DNA from: Lytechinus pictus
Lineage: Eukaryota
Length of the DNA stretch: 64,000 nt
Assembly (NCBI RefSeq): GCF_037042905.1
Contig: NC_087252.1
Coordinates: 9,550,001 to 9,614,000, forward strand
Direction of reading: 5' to 3'
Part shown: in pieces, positions 38,301 to 50,300 of the stretch
Layout: every line of letters begins with the position of its first letter
Numbering within the stretch: position 1 is the stretch's first letter
Translations under genes and position numbers: made by a program
The notes under the pieces: model-generated
The model's input: only the letters and a program-made list of their open reading frames with translations
Told to the model about the DNA's origin: nothing
Database searches by the model: none

Positions 38301-41300
38301 CACATGTGGGACAGTGTATTGTTATTGACTGGAAAAATACCAGACAAATGGCCAGAATGTCTTGCTTATTTTGCTATTTTCTCAGTACTAACACACTTTC
38401 TTGCAGAATCCTTTGGCACATATCTTTTATTTATGCATATATAAATACACTTGGGTGGTAATTTTATTACATTCACTTCGAAATCATTTCCACAACTGGC
38501 ATTTTTTTAAGTAGAGGACCTAAACCCCCCCCCAACCCACTACCCATCATAGCGTCCCTTGTCATAGGAAGATTTAAATGTATAGTATGCTTGTACATGT
38601 ATGTTAATTCTCATTTCTTTTTATTGTTATCTCATTTAACTCATGTAAATCGGGTATTTATACTTTGGGCAGTTCTTGCATCCAGATATGCACACTATGC
38701 ATATCTGCAATTTTGCATTAAATAGGACTTTGGGCCCTACATTGCATCCATTGTTGAACTATGTATTCCCCCCCACCCACTTCCCATCACAGCTTGAACC
38801 CTGACTCGTTCTTACTCACATTTTCATAACTGTGATCTTGTGGGTTTTGAAGGAGGCCCTCTGCTGACTTATAATTACCAGAGTGTTCTAGGTCTGATCC
38901 GATAGGAATCGGAGGACTAGGAACTTTACGATCTAGACTACCTTTCTTGGCATCATTGCTAGCTGTTCTGGGTCTGGTGATTGGTAAAACTCTGAGAAAG
39001 AAAACAGATAAAAGTTAACCATAAATTCCACACACACATCATTTCAATTCAATTCAATTTATTTTCCTCTTTAAATCTTTTCATATTTGCAATGACAATT
39101 CCATTTGCATATATACAACAACAATGTATACAAATCTCAATCAAACAATCAAATCAATACAATAAAAGCATAAAATTACAAGGGAAGCAGACCGACTACA
39201 AAAATCAAATATGTGCCGTCCGTCCGTCCATCCATCCATCCATCCATCCATCCATCCATCCATCCATCCATCCATCCATCCATCCATCCATCCATCCGTC
39301 CGTCCGTCCGTCCGTCCGTCCGTCCGTCCGTCCGTCCGTCCATCCATCCATCCATCCATCCATCCATCCATCCATCCATCCATCCATCCATCCATCCATC
39401 CATCCATCCATCCATCCATCCATCCATCCATCCATCCATCATCCATCCATCCATCCATCCATCCATCCATCATCCATCCATCCATCCATCATCCATCCAT
39501 CTATCTATAAAATATGTGCTACATGTTCAGATAGAATTCTTGAAAATTCTTCTATTGCCAATTTAATGATCATACAGATTTTACCTGTGGACGGTCCATG
39601 TATCCGATTCTGGCGCTTTCTCTGTGTAGTTTCCTGGAAACATTCCCTCGCACCCCGTCTTGTGAGACGTGCCTTTGAACCATCCATCACTGTTCTTATC
39701 TAATTCACTGGCAGACATGTAGATGAAATCATCTGGAATCAACTCCAGTTCGTCCGCTACCCTTGGTGTGTGGCCGTACAGAACTCGAAGAACCTGCGGA
39801 AAAAGATTTAAAGCTAAAATGGTAAGGTCAAGTCAAATGTCAATTTGGTTTGTTCATATTAGTGCAAAAAATGTTTCAAGCTCAAGGCAGACATGTAGAT
39901 GAAATCACCAGGGATCAACTCCAGTTCGTGGCCGTACAGAATTCAAAGAACCTGTGGAACGAGATTCAAAGTCAAGCAGTATGGTAAAGCTAAAGATTAA
40001 TTTGGTTGATCCAACCTAAAACTCACAAATTATTTCAAGGTCGAGGCAAACATTTAGATGAAATCATCAGGAATAACCTCCAGCTTTTCATTTACATCTG
40101 TGGACGCTGCCTCCGAATCTCTTGAGTAGAGCTAGAGCCGGAATTCCCAATGAGACGCTGACTGGATGTCGATCGCCTTGGATAGGTTCACCAATGCTTC
40201 TTGATGGCTGAGGTCAAATTGAGGAGCAAACACAAAGCATTCTAAGGTCAAATGTCAAAGGTCAAAGTTTTCACTTACTTCTGTTGACACTGCTTTGGGT
40301 TCTCTTGAGTAAAGCAGTAGAGTCTGAACTTCTATTGAGCTGCTGACTGGATCACCAATGCTTCTTGATGGCTAGAATCAAACTGAAAGGCTAGCACTTG
40401 TAAGGAATTTTAAGGTCAAAGGTCAAAGTGTTTTACAGTTAAAGGGAAATGAAACCTTTGGAACAAGTTGGCTTGTGTCGAAACAGAAAAATCAAAGAAT
40501 AAGAACAAAGAAAGTTTAAGAAAAATCGGACAAATAATGAGAAAGTTATGAGCATTTGAATATTGCAATCACTAATGCTATGGAGATCCTCTCATTGGCA
40601 ATGCGACAAGGATATGTGATGTCACATGTGAACAACTTTCCTTTTGATCGACTATAAATACCCCCAAAATGTGTCTTTTTTGCTTTTTCTTAAGGTGATA
40701 GTGATCTTTATAAATCTGTATTACATGCCCTCCTATAGAAAGAACACATGATCTTCTGATAGATGTGATAAAAGAGGCAGTTTAGGTGAAATATAAACTA
40801 AAGTAATGGGGAGAGTTGTTCACAAGTGACATCACACCTCTTTGTCGCATTGCCAATAGGAGGATCTCCATAGCGTTAGTGATCACAATATTTAAATGCT
40901 CATAACTTTCTCATTATTTGTCTGATTTTTCTCAAATTTTCGTTGATCAGTTTCTTTGATTTTTCAGTTTTCACACAAGCTATCTTGTTTCAAAGGTTTC
41001 ATTCTCCTTTAAAAGTTAAGTTTTCACTTACTTCTGTTGACGCTGCCCTGGGATCTCTTGAGTAGAGCCTGAATTCCCATCGAGCCGCTGAGTGGATGTC
41101 GACCTCCTTGGACAGGTTCACCAAGGCGTCTTGATGGCTTGGATTAAACTGGTAGGCCAAGGTCAGGTGGAGCTGCTTCTTGTGAGGTTCAACCTTAACA
41201 CCTAGGTTAGGTAGGACAAAAAAAGAATGAAAGAGCATTTCTACTAAAAAACATTACCTTCATATATTCTTTATTAGCATTATTGTCAAAGACATTACTT

Positions 41301-44300
41301 TAAAAAATAACCATAAAATTATCTAAATAGGGAAAAATAAGGCATAAATGCTCCATAAAATGTGTCTGGAAATGCATTTTGGCCCTTCCCCTTAGGCTAT
41401 ACTGTGTGGGCTGGTGGCTGAAAATAGGCATTTTTTAAGTCTTTATGCTGACCTAGCCTGTTTGAGCCTCTGTGAGCTGCCATGGAAACATGTCACATTG
41501 ATAGATAATCAACTTGGCTACCAGAAAATGTGAATATGTTGCTACATTTAATTACATTGTGCACTCAAAATATAGAATGAAAATATGAGGCAAATTCACC
41601 TATTGACTTTTTTGACACATGTCTACAGCACAAATCTGGTACCATTGCCCACAGATTGTTCAGCACCGAGGTGTTAATTTTTTACCTTGTTATATTTCTA
41701 CAATTTTGCAGTGGTATTTTTTTTTTTTTTCTAATGCATCTCAAGATTATCTAATTAATTATTTTGGCACCCTTTTCAGTATTCCCTTGTTTAACGTGCA
41801 ATATTTTGTGCAAGAGTATTTATATATTTTATTTATGTCTTGGGAGCGGCATGTGTGGGGGCTCATGCCTTCGGGCAGCAGTGATGGATTTCGCTTTTGT
41901 GCCCCCTGACTCACATGCCGTTCCCGCATTTCTTTGCATGTTCATGTACTGTAATTTTTTAATTCTAATGTAATGTGTATGTATTTTTTATATTGGTCAA
42001 ATAAATAATAATAATTTAAAAAAAAGAAGAGCATGAGTTTACTAAAGCTGCTTAGTATTGGACAATTAGGAATACATTTGATCATTACCAGCTTCCCTAT
42101 TAAGTATTATCACTATTTCTTTCTTTTGATTTGATTTGATTTATTTATTTACCAACAATATTCACATGTTTACAGGTGATGAAACAAATTGCATAACAGT
42201 TTACACATGTATAAAAATACGATGGTAAATGTGACCAGAAAATAGCACAGGTGCTATAAATCGAGCCTGGCTTCACAAATATTACAAAATGCACATTTAA
42301 GAAGGAAAAACAAAACAAAAATTTAAATTGCAATATATATATATATATTTTGCTTCTACAAGTATAAGCATTTTTCTCAGCCCTAAAACATGCTTAGTAA
42401 AATACTTTTATTCAGCTATATTTTCAGCTGAATTCCGGCCCTGGGCCCCGTCTTATAAAGAGTTATGGTTGCTCCAATCAACCTCAAATATATGGAAATC
42501 CATCAATGTCATAAATTTATATAATTCTACAGGAAATTTGCACCTTTCGTAATCAAAGAGGAGCAAACTGAATAGTCAATATATGTATGAACGTATGATT
42601 AAAAACATCGTATCTAGAAAAAAAATTAACAAACATGCATTTTTATGTTGCATTGCTGGCTTTCCAAAGTTGTGGTTGATTAGATCAATCGCAAATCTTT
42701 GTAAGACGGGGCCCAGGTCAATTCACACATACCTGTTTTACTAGTAGCTTCCTGACTGAAATCGGCCATGACTTTCCTGAGGTATTCGGCATGGCTCTCC
42801 TCTAAGAAGAGGCCAATGAAGTTTGTAGAGGAATAGAAGTCTAAGGTCAGGACTTCAGGAGCCTTGGACTGCCACCGGTCAATGACCTCTTGGAATGCTT
42901 CGGTCAGTGCGGTACATTTACTGTCTGGACACTGGAAAACGAAAAGTAAGTAATGATCTATTATGCATATAAACATGTTGTAAACATTGATAATGATGGT
43001 AATGATGGCAGGAGTCATGAGTGTGATGATGATGATGGTGATGATGAAAATGGTTGTGGTGGTGATGATGATGATGGTGGTGGCGATGATGATGACGGTA
43101 ATGATGATGATGGTAATGGTGCTTTGGATGATGAAGGTGCTGATGATGATGATGTTGGTGGCGATGATGACGGTGATGATGATGATGGTAAAAAAAAAGT
43201 TTACACTTTGAAAAAGCCCTGGGAATTAAAATATATACATGTGGGTAATTTTTTCACATATATATAATCTTGGGTTTGGGTCTCATCTATCCAATGAAAG
43301 TTAAAGTTTTGACAGAATGTTACACTTGAGTGAGCACTCAATTTTTGTAAAGCTCGCAGAAATCTGTTTGCGCAGAAATGCTTGTTTTCACGCTGTGTCA
43401 ACGGGAAAGGGCGAAGTCAAACTTAATACCCTGCGAAACATTTTTCATACATTTTCCTTGCACTTTTAGTCAATTGAAATAAAACGGATACATTCAAGCA
43501 TTTTGTAACAATTTTGCCACCCAAATTGAAATTTCAACACTTTAATAGTAAGCACAACCTTTACCCTTTTTGTGCCAGCTGGATCTGAGGACATAACTGA
43601 ATCTGAACAAAAGTTTATATCAGTCATCTTCAGCATTTTTTCACGAAGTTTTTATCATTTAAAGTGGGTTTACATTTCATTTTTCATTTAATACTTGTTT
43701 CTCCACACTTTTTCAAAGCTTGACAATGATTAACAAAATGAAAATCAAGCCTTAGCCATTTCATGTAAATCACAACTCAGTGTAAAGAAAATATTGTCAC
43801 AATGGCCTCGGTGTGTGGGGGAGTAGGGAGGGGCGCAATGCACTCTTCGAAGTGTTTTGGGCAAGGAAACAAGTTCAAACAAGGTAAAAGATATCTTCAA
43901 ATCAATTCTACTAGCTAAATTCCACGTGTTCTTCATGATTAAGGTCAACTTTTATTCGCATAACTATTTCAAGGTTCTGCGCAAATCATTTTTCACTAAC
44001 TTTACAAAAGTAAGTGATGCTCACTCAAGCGGAAATATTTTTTGACAGTTATATCGTCATTTGCTTAAAATGGATCTGTACCAATGTTAAAATATGGAAA
44101 AGTCTTCAGGATATTACAAATATAATTTTACAGGATTTTTTCTAAGTGTAATTTTTTTTTTGATACGCACTATATATGCAGCTGGCACAGGCACACATAT
44201 CCTGAAAAAATGTGCTGAAATAAACAAAAAATAATATTGTCTTAACAAAACTTTAAGACACTAACCATCCCCCTGTAGTACTTATGAGGAAAACTGAATA

Positions 44301-47300
44301 TATTAAGTGTTAAACATGGTTTTGTTCATTGATCTGATATTTTGATTTAACAATATTACTAGCCAAATCCTGTATATAATGTATTATGATTACAAATCCC
44401 TTGCTCAAATTACAGGTAAATATTTATACATGTTGTATGCAAATTATCCTATATGAGGAAATAAGATTTTTATTCCTGTAATGAAATATGAAATAAGCCA
44501 ATTATAAGGGAACATATTTTCTTCTATGTTGTATTTAAAAATCCTATGTTTTGTTAATAGAAGATCGAGGAAATAATCAAGTGTATATTTAGATTCATAG
44601 TTTAACGCTCTCCACATGGTCTTCTGAAAAGGAAAGATTACCCTGACGAATAGTTCGTTGTAAAAATACCAGAAAAAATATTGGTGACGGTTTGAGGTTG
44701 TAAGCAAGCACAGCTTCCCCACAATCTTGTTGTTAGAAAATGGATCGAGTGGTGAACTTGAAATTTGATAGCTTTATAGAGAAATGTTCACAGACCATGA
44801 GAAAACAAATGTAGTGCATGAATAATGTCCTTTTGAAAGTAGTTTATAAGTTCTTCCAGTGTTATCAGAATTAAAGGGTAAGTCCACCCTGATAAAAAAA
44901 CAAATTAGTAAAGATAGCAGAAGAATGCTGAAATATTGATGAAGGTTTTATTAAAAATCTATCTTAGATTTAAAAAGTCATAATTTTTTTTAATTATTTG
45001 TGATGTTGTATGCAAGCAGCTTCCCCACAATCGTGTACAAAAAAAAAAAAAAATCAGTGAAACAGCATTTTCTCACAAAATTGAAAATGGTTTTCATTGT
45101 AGATTTAGTTTACCAGTAGACCATCTGCTACTGAAGGGGGAAAAATGTTAGTCATTATGAACCATTATGAAATTGAAATTTATGGATCTTAAGTTATATT
45201 ACATGTACATAACATATTGGGCAACTGCTTGTACAAATGACATCACATATCAAAATAAAATCCATAAATTTCTATTTCATACTGGTTCATGATGACTAAC
45301 ATTTTCTCCCCCTTCAGTAGTGTGTGTTAAATGAGACTGACAAACTAAAGCTACAATGAAAACCATTTTCAATTTTTTGAGAAAATGGCATTTCACTGAT
45401 TTTTTTTTTTTTTGTACACGATTGTGGGGAAGCTGCTTGCATACAACATCACAAATAATTAAAAAAAATTATGACTTTTTAAATCTAAGATAGATTTTTA
45501 ATAAAACCTTCATCAATATTTCAACATTCTTCTGCTATCTTTACTAATTTGTTTTTTATCAGGGTGGACTTACCCTTTAATTCTGATAACACTGGAAGAA
45601 CTTATAAACTACTTTCAAAAGGACATTATTCATGCACTACATTTGTTTTCTCATGGTCTGTGAACATTTCTCTATAAAGCTATCAAATTTCAAGTTCACC
45701 ACTCGATCCATTTTCTATTAAACAACAATGAAAGAATTAATTACTTTCAACTTTCAAAAGGATATTTCAAGCAATAATACACAAAAGAAATAATGAATGT
45801 GTTACATCATCAATCATTTTACTTAGTTATATACAGACCAGGGGGGCCCGTCTTACAAAGAGTTACGATGGATCCAATCAATCGTAAATCTATGGAAATC
45901 CATCAGTGTCATAATTTTTTCTACAGGAAATGTGCGAAGTGTCCTTTGTAAACAAGGGAGAACACACTGAACTGTCAAGAAATCAATGAATTTATGATAA
46001 TATATAATGTACATTCATAATCTAAAAAAAAAATTGAGCAAACATGCATTTTATATGTTGACTTTGCTGGCTTTCCATAGTTGTGATTGATCAGATCAAT
46101 CGTAAGTCTTTGTAAGATGGGCTCCAGGAGGTGTACTGTAAAACAGTAAACAGTTTTGTGAAATTGACAGGAATTTTTCAATTCCATTTTATCTTTCTTA
46201 TAATATTCCAAATCTGAGTTTGATGAATTTTTTAGCAATCTATGCTTGCTTGATTTCTCCATTTTATCTTGACAACTTTTTGTTGGGGGTGAACTTGACA
46301 TGCTTCTGAATGTACAAATGTTTTTTTTTTAAGCTGTTAAAGGGGGGGGGGTGGGTATGGGCCAGATGTGCCGCCCCCTAGTTCCACCCATTCAACAACC
46401 AATGAGGAGGGCCTTTATAAAACAAAAGTAGTATTTTATCTACCATGCAATCCCTAGGCATTGGTAGTGTACAAAATTTATCAAATAATGCTTTCTGTTT
46501 TAATTAACCTACTCAAACTGACCTAACTGGCATAATTTTTATTTTCACTCCTTTTAAATTCACCGTTCTACATATGTACATTGTTTTCTGTACCTACACC
46601 TACATTCTTGAAATTACATTGATATCCCGACTATATAAATACTAGTTATTCTGTTCTATGATTTTATGCTAATGATGTGGTGTGAACCTCGAAACATATT
46701 CCGTTTTAATAATAAAATGTTATGTTCTTTTCCTTATTTCGTCTTTAAGTTGATATCATGTCGTTCTTTTGGAAGCATTGGTGGTTGTTTGTGTTGGTTA
46801 TAATGTGTCCTATGATGTCTTGTTGTAATATCGAAATACAATATCATGTTCCAGGAAATCACATGCATGTAGACATACCCCCCCTCAAAGATTACAATTG
46901 CTACCATTTCTGAATTATTTTAATACCAAATAATGTCACAATATATTGATGCAAGGTAAGTTAAATGTAGACATCCCACCCCCCTATATTATGAGAACTC
47001 ACTGCAATAAAAGAACACAGAGTGACGTGCGGGAGGAGGCTATGGGCTCCGTTACGACCGCAGAGGGAGAGAGACTTGTTCCAGAACTCATCCAGCTGTT
47101 CACCCAGGGGACCTACGGCACAGGCGTAAACAATGTATTCCCTTGGTATAGACTCATCCAAGGTCCGGTCATCAAGGTGATTCAATAACCTGGAATATGA
47201 GTCAAGGATTATTATTGTTACCAATTTTAAATTTATCATGAAATAATCTCAAAGTACATTGATGCAAGGTACATGTATTAAGGGTAAACTGCGGATTCGT

Positions 47301-50300
47301 CTATAATTGCAAACTCGTCCACTCATCACATGGTCTACCTTCATTTAGTCTAAGCCATTCCGTCCATCAACAGCCATTGGGTCCAATAACCATTTGGTCC
47401 GATAATTACTTCGTCTATGACCATTTTGTCTCGTAACCAGTTGGTCTAATACCCATTTTCTTTTAATTCATTTTGCCCAATTAACACTTTGTCCAATTAG
47501 ACCAAATGGTATATGGACTAAATGGCTATTGGACCAACTGCTTATTAGACGGAACAGTGAGTGGGCGAAATGACAATTAGACCATGTGGAACTGATGGTA
47601 GACCAAATGATAGCCTAAATAAGAGGAGTTGGTAATTGGCCGAATTGGCATTAGACCAATCGGAAATAAACCGGTATTATGATTGAGATATATACGTTTA
47701 GTTCTTTTTTTTTTTTTTTTTGGGGGGGTTCAAAGGACTCCACAGAAGAATGAAGTACTGCATCCGCCCCCCCCCCCCCCCCCCCCCGGAGTGTTTTGGA
47801 AGAATACTAACCAAGTACAATAGCGACTGTACAAAAGAAGGTTCAAGGGAGATACAATGTAGTGGGAGGCGGGGGGGGGGGCCAGGGGAGCGAAGTCTGA
47901 GAAGGGGAATGTAGACGGTATGCAAATGAAAGAGAGAAAAGGTGAGGACAAGAACAAGAAAAAGCACAAGAAAATTTATCCCTTGACAATAATTGACTAA
48001 TTAACAGCCAATCAGATTGAAGCTTTCATATCAAATCAATTGTACTGACCAATCAGAGGCAAGTTGAATGTCTTGGTGTCCTGTTGCTGCAGCTGCCTTC
48101 TCCCTGTCAAAAAATAATAATAAAAGAGGAATCTAATACAATGAGAGTGAAACCAAAAGCAATAAATAACATTTCCTTGACATAATTGGGGTTAAGTGAA
48201 TTTAATTTTGAATGAATGCACTCAAGCCATTGTATAATTGTAAAAGGCCATTTATGCAACATGCAAAATTTTACAAGTGCAATGTATAGACCAAGTCCTT
48301 ACAGCAACAAGTTCATTAGAACAAGTAGGCCTACATGTAGATTGAGCAAATCAGAAAATGGATAGCACTGACAATTTCTTGATCAAAAGCTTTAAAATAT
48401 CAAAATAAGAAAGTGAACAAATATAAAGTTTCACTCATTTTTTCACAAAATGGTTATGCACAATGTGGCAAGTAATAATAATAATAATAATAATAATAAC
48501 GTCTTATTTACCCAGGGTAGCCACTTCAATCATAAGACTGCTCTTCCAGCGGGCCCTGCATAACATAATATGTTATTATTACCCTTCTCCAGTCTAAATG
48601 CTGAACGCCAAGCAAGAAGGCAGAAGGTCCCATTTTTTTAAGTCTTTGGTATGACTCGGCCGGGGATCGAACCCACGACCTCCCGTTCATGAGGCGGACG
48701 CTCTACCACTGAGCCACCATGCCCGGTTACGAGCCACCATGCCCGGTTAGATATGTATGCAATTTATGAGGAAACTGATGATGTCACATCCTTTTGTATT
48801 TTATAGTATGACACTAGTATACACTTTTTTAAAAAGATCAAATGGAAGACCATCCCCACCAAAGCACACAGGGAATTATGTAAAGAATCATCTTAAATTT
48901 TCCCCAAACAAAATTGGACCCTACATACATGTATACATGTACATGTAAGCACTCCATACTTCAAGATCCCATACACAATTCTCACATCTCGCCCAAAATC
49001 AAAATAATGTAATTTTCAGAAATCTTAAAGGTCAAGTCCACCCCAGGAAAATGCTGACTTGAATAAATAGAGAAAAATCTAACTAGCATAGTGCTGAAAA
49101 TTTCATCAAAATCAGATGTAAAATAAGAATGTTATGACATTTTAAAGTTTCGCTTATTTTTCACAAAACAGTGATATACATGTACATGTATGCACAACTT
49201 GGTGAGTCAGTCGATGATGTCCATCACTCACTTTTTCTTTTGTTTTTTTATTGTTTGAATTATACAATATTTCATTTTTTTTATAGATTTGAAGATATGG
49301 ACCAACTTGACTGAAGCATATAGTATTGAACAATGCTAATGCCACATGTTCAGGGAGGAAAATCGTTGTATCACTTGACAATGAAAAAATTAGAATATTT
49401 CATATAGTAAAATACAAAAGAAATAGTGAGTGGATGACGTCATAGTCTCCTCATTTGCATACCAGCCAGGATGTGCATAAACTGCTTTGTGAAATAAAGC
49501 GAAACTTTAAAATGTAATAACTTTCTTATTTTATATCTGATTTTGATGAAATTTTCAGTGTTATGCTTGTTGGATTTTTCTCTTTTTATTCAAATCAACT
49601 TTTTGTGGGGTGGACTTGTCCTTTAAAGGTTTATTCAATTTTGGAGATTACTGCAGGTTTTATGTTTGGCTTAACATGCACATTTTCCATCGGAGCAGTT
49701 GTCGCCAGAGAAAATGTCATAGAGCCGTTCAAGGTGCGACTCTTACAATATAGAGGGGGCAAGATTCCCTTGTACCCCTACCGGAACATGCCACTTGTAC
49801 TCAAGAGTTGAGAATACATATCTCAAGGAAATTATTGCGGGCTAGGAACTAGATATTCAGTAACATTGAGCTGATGAATAACTGTCTGATGTATCCAACA
49901 CTGAAAGCAATTAGTCATGGAACAGTCATTCTCAATCAAACAGAACTGCACCATGGATTATTAAGCACATGGTGAGTAGTACAGTACCAAGATAATTGGC
50001 ACAAGAACTCCAATGCACAGGAAATGAGAAAATAAAAATGAAGAGTGTGAATTTAACACTATGATGAATGTATGTAGGCATATTTTTGCAATGAATTATA
50101 ATATTTATATCATATTGTTTAATCTAGATTGTCACCAAATGAAACTTCTTCGATCATACTGAATTCAATAAAATCATAAATGTGCAATATGAAGCCTTTG
50201 AATATGGGTTAGTTTTAAATTTTACAGGTTGATTACAAATGGATGAATTTATTTTGTCAAAAATAAATTAGAACCAATAAGAGGTATATCAAAAAGATCT

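Noticed and set aside
39092..39703. 203-aa HPSI/MDGW ORFs
   Set aside because: (CCAT)n microsatellite artefact.
42953..43267. Asp/Gly- or Met-rich ORFs
   Set aside because: (GAT)n repeat in an intron; no splice or phase support.
48655..48728. Functional tRNA gene
   Set aside because: No acceptor stem closure; it continues into a SINE body and LINE-like tail.
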